DNA of 57,568 nt, counting the filler, from Platydemus manokwari (taxonomy: Eukaryota), in the NCBI GenBank assembly GCA_037951405.1. It is 5 parts of 5 records of this genome, joined end to end, with 100 filler letters (N's around TTAATTAATTAA, not from the genome) between each part and the next. Parts side by side here need not be neighbours in the genome. Positions count along the whole stretch, not along the records: positions 9,816 to 27,580 come from JBBMOY010844422.1; 4 more parts are not named here. One strand, written 5' to 3'. Made by a program: the position numbers and the translations under genes. The notes under the pieces were generated by a model. That model had not been told where the DNA came from. It saw only the letters and a program-made list of their open reading frames with translations, and did not search any database. This document shows positions 11,761-25,130 of the stretch, in pieces; positions within the stretch are counted from its first letter, which is position 1; the number at the start of each line of letters is the position of its first letter.

Positions 11761-13590
11761 AATAATATAATTTTCTGAATAATTTATTAATGTGCTTTAA
11801 TCAAAACTTAAAGTGATATATTTTAATGGATTTCTTAAACTTTGCATATAATTTCTGAGAAATTTTATTTATAATTATTTCAAATTTTTCAAATTAATAT
11901 GTGTAAATAATCGGGTAAACAAAAATAACAAAATATAATTACAAAATTCTTTTTTATATTCAGTGAAGTTGCATTACAAGTATTCTGTTTCGATCTTTAC
12001 GGATCATTTGAAATGAAGTAAAATCATATCCTTGTAAAATTATCCTTTAAAGGTAAACTGGGTCATTTATTTGTATACAAATCAGTGGAATTTGTAAGAA
12101 GTTATTTTTATTTGATAAATTTAAATGTACGATATTTGGATGATAAAATGACGCACTTCTTTCACAGAAGATACTATTACCATAATTACTAAAACTGAAA
12201 CCCAAAAGTGTATCTGTATAATAACGATTCGCACAAGTCTAATAAGGACAATACTCCACATCACTAACCATTATTACTCAAATAAACAAAAGTTCCTAAA
12301 GTCAAATGTCATATCAAAATGGGTTTATCATCCGAAAAATAAATATAATGGAAGAAATAAACTAAAATAAAAGACTATTAGCGGTCTTCGAAAGACGACT
12401 GCTTTAAAGAATTTTTTAGTGTTGACTTATTGTCTTACAAGTTTGCTTTTTATTTTTTTAGAATCTTCAGGCAAATTTCCTTCTATATCTCAATCGGTGT
12501 ACTTATTACATTCTATCGGTGTCCACCAATTTACAATCGAAATTCAATAAGAGATTGATATTTTGAAGGTCATTGATTGGCTATTGCCATATGCACATAT
12601 CGTTCTGAACTGTGTCAACCCATTGAAGATTGTTTACGTGGTTTCAAAAAGGATTTTTGATAAGTTTTATTGCATATTCCACAATGTTTTGAATGATTGG
12701 AAATAAATTCTTAAAGAAATTTAACAATTCCTACATTTTATTAGATCATTAAAATATACTCTAATTCATCTTTAGTCTAAATTTCTAATATATAAAGTTA
12801 ATGAGAGGATCTTTATCATAGTCCTGAAATTTTCATTTAGTAATTCCTCGACCATTACCCCTCAATTTATCGTTATTTCAATACTTAACATAAATAGTGA
12901 TAATAAAAAATTTAATGAAGCATATTACTTAGCATTACTTTTTTAAATTTTAAAGTTATAAAACATTACTCAATCAATATTGTTTATATATAATTTTTCA
13001 AGTTAAATAGTTTCACGTATCTGTAATTTTTCGTTCTGGTTTATGACATTTTATAAAACTCTTGCAAAAATTTTGTGAAGATTTTAGCAATGTTTCAGAT
13101 TTTTAAATTATACAATAATGTCTATAGGAATTTTAACTTCTCATCTCCAATAAAGTTGATTTTATAATTTTTTGATTTTTAAGTTTTGAAATAAAATTAG
13201 TTTCATCATTTTAATTAAAAACCCTTTTGAATAAGATATTAGTGAACATATTAATTGCCATTTAATAAAGTATATGAATTTGAGATCTTTAACTTGAAAA
13301 TTAATCAAAAATTAATTAAAAATTTTTTCATTGAATTTTTGAAATTAATTTTGCGAAATAAATAAATTTTGATTTAAATTATCCATCAGTGAATTAATAC
13401 TTCTTATATCTTTTTTTTTATTTTTTGTCTTGAACAACTTATTGCAAGGTAAATAAAATAGAAACAAAATCATTTAAGAATATGTAAAATACTTGACAAT
13501 ATTTACGAGTTAATTTTGTTTTTATTTATTAGTTAGTTCAACCTTTGGTATTTTTATTTTAATTTTAAGATCAAAGGAAGTTTAATCGAA

Positions 13591-16500
13591 ATGACCCATG
13601 CAAGCGGCATTAAATGTATGGAATTGATTTTTATTTTGATCTGAAATATATGTTTTACATAATTTCATTTATAAATTTATTTTAATATTTAGCCTCAGTT
13701 AAATTAATAAATGATATAAAATTTGCAAAAGAAAACAATATAAGATGCGTTCAAATAAGAATCGATAATGAATCACTAGTTTTGCAAGGTCAAGATTCTA
13801 CTCGTGGTACTTTCGAGACGGATTACGATGAATGCATCGAGAAATATCTCAAACCCGATCAGTGTTGTTATATTTTGTATAGAACTGATAATACGACTCA
13901 ATTAGGATACGAATGGTTATTTCTTCATTGGGTTCCTGATCAAGCATCTGTATAAATTTTATTATGAAATTACCACTGATAACACATTGGTTATAGATTA
14001 GAGAAAAAATGTTATATGCATCAACAAGAGCCACTATAAAACGTGAATTCGGTGAAAGTTATTTCGTTGAAGATATTACCGGTCATGATAAAGTATTGTT
14101 TCATTTTGTAAAATGTCATAACAGAAATATTAATTCAAGAACGATTTAATGTATGTCGGTTATTTGAAACATATCGAATCGAAATCGGCACCTCCTCCGC
14201 TAACATTAGCTGAACAGGAATTAATTGAAATCAAGAAAAATGAAGTAGTCTTGTTTAAAATCACGCTTGAATGTTAATAATGACATTTGATGTAAAATTA
14301 GCGTGAAACAGCTCTTGGCGATGGACATCGAACACTTAAGTCTAATGGATTTCCACCAACCGAGGATTTGATTCAGGAATTAAATAAATTCGCAAAAAGT
14401 GAAATCGACTTTTTGGAAATGGTAAATTTATATATTTATATACCAATTGAGGATAAAAGATGTTTTTCATTCATTAAAAAAAATTTCGTATTTCATATAA
14501 GGTATTCAATTTTCACAGAGTATATTTATTCAAATATTTATTTATGATATTAAATGAATTATTTGCTGTAACACAGTCGTGTGTGTGTGCGTGATTGTGT
14601 GTATGTGTGAATGGGTGTTTGTCACTAAAGCACGTTTAAATAAAGCGCTGTAGAAATGTGTTATTGGTGGTTTCGTTGTGAAATTTCATGTGAGGTGCTG
14701 CAATATCAACATTTCATTATAAATAATTAATGTGGAAATTAATTTGTAAAAATGTCCAAAAACTGGTCGGTGATGACATCATTGAAAAACATTATTCAGT
14801 TTTAATTATAATTTATTATCGGAGCATTAAATGATCTGTTTTTGAAAATTTTGCTTTGGATGCAGGCTTAAAAATTGTAAATTATGTTCGTTTAATTTTT
14901 TGATTTGCCTATGAAGTGATTATATAATTATGTTATTTATTTTAATATTGTTCGGATGTTAAACTGTGATAATATAATTCATTTAAAATTGACCATTTCA
15001 ATGACTGTTTAAATTCCATGACAAATTGAAGTGATTTTTATTTAAAAATAAAAATCAAAACATTCATCTTAGCGTAAGCCTCATTTGACAAAATGGGCTC
15101 AAATATATTCAGGGCTTTATTTAATGTCATTTTGATAGTGTTTCGATATCATTTGCATTGATGTGGAAGCTGGTTAAAACGTTAAATCCAATATAGTTTA
15201 TCATGTGGGATATTGCTTATTTCCATCAGTTACTGGTTATCATCCAGATGACATTGACAGGTCTCTCGATATCATTTGGATTGGTGTGGACCTGCAGAAT
15301 CGTTAAAACATTATACCCAATATAGTTTATCATGTGGGATATTGTTTATTCTCATCAACCACTGGTTATAATCCAGATCTCTCGATATCATTTGCATTGA
15401 CATGAAACTGGAAGACGGAGAAAAGTTAAATCGAATATAGTTTGTCTGGTTATAATCCAGATTTCATTGATAGATTGATAGAAAATTGATAATATATTCA
15501 CAAATCCCTCATGTTTACGCTGATTCACTCCATTGATTCATAATTATAATTTATAGTTTATTTATAATTGATTATAAATGCTTTTTCACCCATTTTTATT
15601 GTAAATATTATTGAATCAGTAAAATTAAATGTTGTCATTACTATTGTAAAATATTCATTTGATAATTTTATACATTATTAAGACATTTCCTTCCAATTAT
15701 AATGATTGTCAATGACATGAAACTATTATAATCAAATCGTCGTCATTCAAATAAATGCTTCACTTATCTATAAATTTTTGAACCAAGGATTGAATCTTGA
15801 ATTCGTCATTTCCTGTAAAATTTTCCACGTGTCTGTATTGTTATCATTTCTGTTTCATCTGCAACTCTATCTTCAGTCATTTTGACATTGGAAACACTTC
15901 AGCTGTTTGTTTTGAAACTAGCTATAATATATCTTTATATCCTTGACTATTATGAAAGACACTCCATCCAACATTTTAAGTACCTTATTTTTGCATATTT
16001 TGCCAAAAGAAACTAATAGTTTAACAATTATTATAAAAAATATTATTTTTCGGTAACTTTTTTTTAAATAAAATAACTAAATTATATATTATTTTATAAA
16101 TTACAAAATTATTTTATTATTGCATCACAAACATCCTAATGTTTCATAGGATATTTCTACAAAAAATATTGGTCAATAAAAGATATTGTTGTCATGGAGA
16201 TTTCATAACAGTAGAAAATGCTCTATCCGTCATTCTTCGACATATTTTCGTGAAAAGAATTTATACAAGCAATATTTTAGAGAATTTTTCAATTGTTGAG
16301 AATGGCAGATTGTTATAATAGATTCATATATTGCCATCATTTATTATCCCATTCTGATATCTGGCACGAAGCCAATTATTACTTTTTTATTTTAAAATTG
16401 CTTCCATTTATTTTATTTTATATACAGGTCATTGAAATCGACAAAGAGATCATCAGATCGGAATCTTCAAGAGCTGAATTACATTGCGATCAGTTAAAGA

Positions 16501-19500
16501 ATAATGTCAATCCAGACAAACCTCGATATTATTTGTACAGGTTTAGACATGAGTTCGAAAATGAGTTTTATGAACCCATCAGTAAGTTAATGTATATGAT
16601 TATCAAATTAAAATGGAATGATTGAGATTAAATGCTAATTTGTGATTATTTATTATTATTATTATTAAACAATGAAAATTATTTACTGAAAAGAGATGTC
16701 TAAATTATGGATTCTGATAAATAATTTTAATCTATAATTATTATTGATATTTTATATCTATTGATGGCGATATTTTTTTTCTCCTTTGTTTTATTAATTA
16801 TAACAATAATTAATTTATAATTAATTGATTTCATTTATTCGATATTATAAGTTGAATTATTAATATAATCAATAAAACACAGAAAATCAATAAAATAATT
16901 TTTTATTTTAAAAAAAGATATTAACATGTAAATAAGTGTAATTTATTGAGAATAAACAGAAAGATAACGCAATAAAAGTTTTGAAAATACAAACAAAACT
17001 ATTTTGGATTTTATTTTCTTGATTTTATTCGAATAAACTTTTCTTTGTGGCCAGTCAGATTGTCGAAATTTTCACTTCTGATTTCCTTTCTGTCACTCAT
17101 CATGTAGCAACAGTTTTAAAAATTGATATTCGATTTACATTTTGTAGTTGTTAAAATTATCTTTACAGACTTTGATTGGTTTATAATTTTATTGGATTTG
17201 TTGTTTAATTTTCTAATAATTGATGTCTATAGGTATAGAAACACTTTATCAATATAAGTTCCTCAATGTCTTATTATATTTTCCACTGCTTTATGTCAAA
17301 AATAATCTAAAAATTGATTCGGTGGATATTTTAATCCATGATATATCTGGATCAATCTTTATGATTTCTGAAAATTCAATAGCTTTGTGTCCAGATTTTA
17401 TTTTCGTCAATCAAATATCGGATTTCGATATAATCTCTGAAACGGTTCTGATAATCAATAACTACTTTGACAACTTGTTCATATATATTTTTATAGATTC
17501 TTGAATTAGACATTATATGCTTCATCATTTCAAGATTGAATCTAATATTGATTTGTGATTATTTTAATCTTAATTGCTCCTCTGATAATCATTTCCCAAT
17601 ATTGTTTTGCGTTCATTTTAATAATAATTTTTAAACAATTGAACAGTAATAGGGAGACATTTAAAAGTGTTCTTTTCTTACGCTACAGGAAAAATATTCT
17701 GGTTGTTCAGTTCTTGGAATTTTTGTTACTTTCGTTAATGGATTGATTATTCAACAGAAAACCCTTCTTTCAACATGATTAATGAACAAAAATATTGGAA
17801 TTTAATACAATATCTCAAATAAAATCGACGCCGCCATTGTTAATTTAATATCAATTTTCACACAATTACAATGAAGTATTTATTGATTTCCAATTTTATT
17901 TGTGTTATTGATTTTTGTTTTTACATTTTAACCCTTCAATCATTGCGGAATTATAAATCAGTGATTTGTTAATTAGACCAAATGTTGATTATTATGATAA
18001 TTTTTATCGGATAATTGATCTTGAAAACAATAAATATCACATCATATAAATTACGGTTGAAATTTTGATTGTGAAATTATATATTATTTATTTCATTCTT
18101 CATTATCAGATCAATAAAATTTTAATGAAAAAGGAAATAAATAATATTTTATTGATAGATAAAAGAGATTGAAAAATATTTATAGTAAAATAATCGATTT
18201 TTTAATTTTCTACTGAAAAATAATTAGAAAGGTTTAATTGAATTGAATTTTCTTACTCCTGGATTTGGTAATCTATATATATATATATTATAGGAAAAAA
18301 TGTCAATGATAATGTATTAAAGAACGACCCAGTTATCTCATTTGACTTCATTCCCAAATTAATTTTGTCAATCAATGATGCTTCCTATTATTTATCTTTG
18401 TGTTTACAGTAAGTGCTAGCAAAACACAAAAATGGAAAAGGGTGCTTGTATTGATTATACGAAATGTGCATTTATCAAGAATTATAATAATCAATAAGCA
18501 AATAAATTATTCTCATCGTATAATACTGTCAAAAAATATTATAGATTTTCTCGATTTTTAGATAACTATTGATTGATTTTAATGGTCTAATTATTAACAT
18601 TTTAATCAAATGTCTAAAAATAAAGCTTTGAAATGCACTGCATTTATTTTTAACAACAATATTTAACAATAAATACAAATCAATATTTTGTTTTCCAGTA
18701 TTCATATATAATATGCCTGGATTTTCTTCATCAGTCAAGGAAAGAATGCTCTATTCCAGTTGTAAAGCTCCTTTCCTGGAATTTCTGCAGTCAAATTTCA
18801 ATTTTAATATCCAAAGAAAGGTAAAATTAGTTGATATTTTAATAAGGTTTTTATGTTTAAAATTTTTATTAGATTATCATTATGTAATTTAATATTGTTA
18901 GCTCTAAATCATTTATTTGACAATAACATCGTCTAAAGCTTTATTAAATGATAGTGCTATATTGTAGAAATAATTTTAAAAATATCTCAAAACCTTAAAC
19001 ACACCCAATGCTCCTGATTGGATAATTTATGTTTATCTTGTTAAATCCTCTCGAATTTTAATAATGGATTAAAAAAAATCTCTAAATATTTGATATTATT
19101 TGTGGAAAAAAGCTTCATATGTTTTACTGTGTCATACATTGTCAGTATCAATATTTCATTTAAAAAACTCAAATTGAAATTTTATTAATGATCGATATAC
19201 TAATTAGAATCTCTAAAAAAATAAATATCGATTTTTGAAATTTTTAGAATTGTTTTAATATATGTTAAATCTAGTGGAAACAAAGATAATAGTGCTTACA
19301 GTTTCAGATAAATTGACTCGACCCTTTCTTGTTTTTGATTTTAATAGAATTTTTATTAAAATTTAATGCAACCCTTTTTAATATATAGATGGTGATATGA
19401 TATTAATCGAGCTTGGAATGTATTTTTTTTTATTAAGCCCATTCGGCTGATTTTTTGATCTTTCTTTTTAAGTACAAATTTGATTTTTACAAACATATGA

Positions 19501-19888
19501 AAACATTGAATAATTTTGTACCTCATTTTATTCCTTTAAAATATTTAATTGGTCATTGCAAAACTTATTCTGGCAGAACATTCGAATAATATCAATTCAC
19601 TAATTATAATCTTTCTGTTTAATCTATTTATGTGACAAATCTAAGCTGTTCATTGGTCAAATTAAGCGCAACTTAAAAATTATTTCATTTGTCTGATATT
19701 TTTGTTTGTAAATTTAGTTTTTATCTTCTTAACATTTTCAGCTTGAGGTCATATCTGGAGATTTCAGTGATCTTGTTACTGACAATTTGCTATTGGATAT
19801 TCACCCACCACAAATCGATAGCAAGCGTAAGATTACGAAACCCCCTGGCCCTAGCAACCGTGGCCCACGAAGATTGATGAAGAATTAA
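13591..19888 (+). CDS. twf: Twinfilin (two ADF-H domains + capping-protein-binding tail), 8 exons, 341 aa
   Basis: Exons 13591-13615, 13693-13949, 13997-14092, 14140-14244, 14302-14421, 16428-16581, 18699-18820, 19742-19888; all GT-AG and phase-consistent (1026 nt). Motifs MTHASGIK, CCYILYR, GYEWLFLHWVPD, IREKMLYASTRATIKREFG, APPPLTLAEQEL, PRYYLYRF, FIYNMPG..VKERMLYSSCK, KPPGPSNRGPRRL. Confidence 0.95.
15143..15470. repeat. Three diverged tandem copies of a ~120-bp unit in twinfilin intron 5
   Basis: Units start TCGATATCATTTG at 15143, 15266 and 15382; they share AATATAGTTT and CTGGTTAT.ATCCAGAT; the third copy is internally deleted. Confidence 0.9.
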
Positions 19889-22800
19889 TTAATAAAGCAT
19901 TAAATGAGTCAATTGGCATTCCTTTTGAATAATAATTTTGATTATTTCTGACTTACCTTGTAATTTAATTTTACTTATATTTAGTACATGTTTTTTTAAT
20001 GATTTGGTTAAGGGTAAAATCTGGAATCATATGTTTACTGTGGTCGTCGTAGCGCTGTATAATTTATTTTAATCTCAGTACGATCTATTTCGTAAATAAA
20101 TATGTATTAAACAATTGATTCGATGTTTAGTTGTATTGCCATGTTAAGTGACAAATAATTTTCCAATAATATGCTAACATCATCGATTTAATTTAATTTT
20201 TTACCAAGTTTCGTTGCTTATTGTTTATTCATAAATTTTATAACTGATACCTTTTTTATAAATTAATTCTAATTTCTACAATGAATTCCATTGTATGGTA
20301 AGTGTTTTCAGTGATTGTGGTCTTTAATGGTCATTGATGCAATAAATATTTTAAAAAATGTAAACAAATAATTGAATGCTTGTAATATTTTGGGTTTTGA
20401 AATCTATTTTTTGAAATACCAAATGATAATTTGGCTCAGATCTGGAATTTTTAACCTTAAAATTAATATATTTTGAAATCAGTGAAAAATACAGCAATGT
20501 TTAAGTAATAAATATTGAATCTTGGTGAATGAATCAATAAATTGATAAAAATTATAAATTTATATTGAAGACATACTGTGGGACTCTGATTATATAAAAA
20601 ATATCCACACGATAAACAACACTACTTATTGACATTTTATTTATAAAAGTAAGGGTGACTAAGATGTGAATTAGATTACATAAAATTTAGTGTTTTGGTA
20701 CGGTCATTCTTCATTATCAAATTCGTCGTTGTAAAGAGGGAGCAATTTTATATTAACTAATTCATTAAAAGCATTTTCAAGCAATACATGAGAATTTATA
20801 TTTATTACAAAAAATAATTAAGAAAAATCAATAATCACATAATTTCAAAAAAATTAGCATAAATTAATGGATTTAACTTTGCCATTATAGGTTTTTATTC
20901 AAAAATATCAAATATGGAGTGTTGAAAATGAGAAGTAAGTTTTAGAGAAAACGATTTCTTTTGTTTTTTTCCGAAAGAACCAGCTAAATGACCATGTTAA
21001 GAAAAATGTGAACGAAATGATATTTCAAGGCTATTCTATAATATAATAAATCAACTAATATTACTAATTATAATAAATTTACAGAAAAATTAATTAACAA
21101 ATAAATAGATAAAATGATCCAGAAAAGTAAAACATCAATTAAGGAAAAATACAAAAGCAGAAAAATTAAAATGCGAAGTATCGATAGTGGTCAATCGTTA
21201 GCTAATCGATTAGTAAGATTATGACAAAAAGGCTGACAACTTCTCTACTACAAATAAAAACAAAAAATAAGGATAAAATCTGCAAAAAATAAGTTTCGTC
21301 GCATTATTTTCACAATACTTAACATTGTGAGACAAACGTTATTTTGTTTTACCGTTAACGTTTAGAAATAGTGCAAAGTATTCAATTAAATTTCTCCTTA
21401 TTGAAGTATTTAATAACCATTTTGATTTTTCCACAAATTAATAAGACAAGGTTTTACCTTGCATAATCATAAGGATTTTATTAAATTTCATAATAACTTT
21501 TTTTTAATAGTCAAATTGTTTTTCTTCGTATTGGTACGTTTTAGTGAGGTTATAATGTTTTACAATAGATTTGAGAATTTAAAGGATCTGTGTAGAATTC
21601 AATTAGTTGTCACCATTTGGAATTTTTTGATAATTTAGTTTTAAATTGAATTGTTAACTATGATAAATCAATTATCTGACTCCAGTAGTTGCAGTTACTT
21701 TAGTAATTATTTTATTCACTTATAGATGTGAATAAAATAAGTGAATAAATATCAGATATGGTTACTAAAATATAATTGAAAAATATAATCGACAATAAAT
21801 ATGATAGGCAGTTTATGTGACAATTAGAAAATAATCGAATAAGAAATAACCGGGTTATTTAAATTAATGACGATTATCAATTTTGAAATTCTAATGCTTT
21901 GATTGATTTTGAAGTCTACTGTCATTCCTTAGGATGTAAGAGACCTGAATGCCACGATAGTAGCTTATAAATGATTGGATATAACGTTCGAGCAATCACG
22001 TAAAAAATAATTCAATTTGAGCTGAAGTTTATGATTTACTTATTGGTCCATGACAAGAATTTATTAACGTCGAACATTATAGAAAAAGTATTCAACATGT
22101 AAACTATTAAATTCATTAAAAACGTTAACTTGAAGAATGAAAAGAATATATTACTTTGAATTTATTGATGGAATGCACAAATATGTGATTTTAGTCGATT
22201 CAAGACGATCGTAATTGATACAATGGTTGTTTCTAGAATATAATTGATTTCTTGCTACAGAAATAATTAGCTATTTTTCTCTCTTCTTGAGTAGTAAATT
22301 TAAACTCTAAATAATTTTATATATTATTATTTATTATTATCAAGGTGAGGTCTGCACCCAACGACATGATTCTTAGATGATTATCAGCAGCGATTTTTAT
22401 GTGACGTCAGTTGTAAATATTTTAATTATATATCTTTCACATTTTCCACAACCTTAAACTTTGTTGAAAGAGAAGATGCTATGAATTGTATGAAAGGCCT
22501 ACATTTGTTTAAAAATAACTTGATAAATTATACCTTTGTGGAAGAGTTTTTAATGCCATTATCTAACTCTAGGCTACTACGATTAAATTAAAGACTGAAT
22601 GCAGAAATTTCACTTTTTGTCAAAAAATATGTTTAATATACAATAAATAAAAGAAAATATTCATTAATAAAAAAATTGTGTTAAATAGATTTTGATTTGC
22701 GATGTTTTACTGGTTTTGGACCTTAGACTTACTACTAGGTTTTGTACCAAACCTTTAAAATCAAGGTCTTCCATCTGTTGCATGAGAATAACTCAGTATA

Positions 22801-23879
22801 AATTTAAAAATCTAGATTACTAATGCTTGTGTATAAATGACCTTTTAATCATCAAACAGTCCCAGCCAAATCGTTTTCATACACGGAATACTGGGGCAGG
22901 GAAATTTCATTTTCGCTGAACACATCAAATAACAACAAAATAAAATGTGATTCATCATTAAAATTTTGACAAAATAATGAATACAGTAACAATAAAAATA
23001 GAATAGACTCTAAGACGTGTTATATTACGTAGGTTATGTAGATAATTGCTTTATCCTTGAAGGTTCTACTCTATTTGTAAAATTACGCTTAAGTATAGAT
23101 CGAAATTACATAAGCCAATGCGAAACTTTCCTTTCTATTCTTTCATCCGGTATTACTTGTTTCTAAATATTTCTGAGCTTAAAAAAAAGTTTAATAAAAT
23201 CCCAATATCTTTAATAAATATAATGATAATTGAGCTATGTTAAAGTAATTGCTACATATTTAAAAACATTTTTAAGTTACTAAATTGGGTATAAAATTAA
23301 AAAATCCATGAAATAACGATAATAAAATTATAAAATTAAATGATTGAACCCAGCTTAAACGACAAATGGTCTTAAAATATCTTTTTAAGTTTTTGAATAT
23401 TTCCAATCTATGCATCTAACTATCATGTTTTTACAAAATTTTACCAACGTATTTTTAAATTGTCTAAAACATTGATTAAAAAAACTATTGAAAATAAAAT
23501 TCCATGAGAAATTTATGGTACTTTCGATATCGTGGTTTTAATATTAAAAGAAATTATAACATGTCAACACATGTCAAACAAATAATACCGAAATGTAATT
23601 TTAAAATAATATTAAATAAAGTTTGTAATTGATTTGAAAATTTAATAATTAATCAATTGATATTGATAAATAGAATGGCATAATAATCGACGTTGAATTT
23701 AATAGTTAAATGCAGTAAAAACACAAATCTACATAAAGATAATAAATGATAAGTACAGTATGAAATAAATATAAAACAATATAAATTATAAACATGTTAT
23801 GTTCGAGACTTATTGATTTCATTGTTTTATTGAGATTATTTCTATTTGATATCAACGTTGTCTTAATCAGTCTTTTTGG

Positions 23880-25130
23880 GCTCTTGATTAAAGGTCACAG
23901 GTGTAATATACATTATTTTGTTTAATCTTCACCTCCCATAAGACAATATGTGTGGCAATAGTGATATAACTTATCTACCAGTCTCACTAAATGTAACCTA
24001 TTTACTAACTAAGCTGATACCAATAATTATAAGCAATGATTTAAGATCCCTATTTAATCAATAACTAAGATTTGCTACTACAAATGTTTTTTAAAAATTA
24101 ATACCGATGCAATAATAAAATAGAAATTTGAAATAGATTTTGATATTACACTATATATCAACTTATAACGAACCTTAACAACTTATCAGACTAAAGCGAT
24201 AGTTGATAAACCGGACATTCTCGTGGTAAAACCATTTACCGAAAGATATTTGAGATACAGCTTGATAATATGAAATTACAGATAATATAATATTGATCAG
24301 TAGTAAAATGTTGGCCATATACAGAATCTTTATCTTTAACACTGGATGGTCTACCCCAGTACCCCGAAGGAGATTATAATAAATAATTACTTTTTAAGAA
24401 TCTTTAATTGTCGATTCGGTTTATACAAGGATAATTGCTTTACAAAATCTGTGTTATTATTGATTTATTTATGTTATTCAATGTTAGTTTGTAATTATAA
24501 AAAATCTTATTAGAACAATCACAGTTTTGATTACCAGCTGTTGTAAGCTTAAGGTTCATAATTCATTTGATATAATTATCCTTGCCTTGTTATCACTTTT
24601 TCATTGGTGATAGCGTTATTAAATTTAATAACCAAATCAGAGCAATAATCAATGTTCAATTAAGCAGTCTTCCTTGTCATCTAATAAGGTAGTACATGAT
24701 CGATGTGAAGAAAGAACCGAGTAGTTTAAGGTTCAGCATGTACCAGTCCTTATCAGAGCTCACGACAGTGATAATTTGAATAGAATAAAATCATTTAGAT
24801 TGAAAACAATACAGTTGCACCCAAACTTATGGGGGAAGAAATTTTTAGACCACACATTGAGCAAAAATCGCGATAAAATCAAATTCCATTATATAACTTT
24901 TATTCCCAAGGATTTGGAAATTAAATCTAGACATTCAGTTTCAATCAATTACTTCCAACACTTCAGTGATAAACCTCGTTCAAATTAAAACAATGTCACG
25001 AAATAATCGTACGCAAATGAGTTGATTTGGATAGAAAATTTATTGGTGGAATATTGCATCAGGATCACAACCACATCTTCAATTTAAAAATTAAACCATC
25101 AACGCTTTCTACTCGGAATATAATCGATTC
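23880..25130 (+). mobile_element. Possible heavily decayed Penelope-like retroelement
   Basis: Faint colinear RT motifs PPIR (23932-23943) and DFDITLYIN (24136-24162), and HNHIFN near 25070; no intact ORF. Confidence 0.35.

Noticed and set aside
13849-14034. Minus-strand 61-aa ORF (similarly 18529-18738, 7685-7894, 44082-44285, 39021-39203)
   Set aside because: Antisense shadows of real exons.
14770-14860. Intronic box C (GTGATGA) snoRNA candidate
   Set aside because: No properly placed CTGA box D or terminal stem.
17220-17746. Hydrophobic ORFs in twinfilin intron 6 (and 11264-11575, 34608-34919)
   Set aside because: F/I/L/Y/N bias is expected from T-rich DNA; no motifs or convincing splice structure.
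17928-18237. TTAA-CCCTT...AAAGGT-TTAA piggyBac-like MITE
   Set aside because: Terminal inverted match is too short and imperfect for AT-rich DNA.
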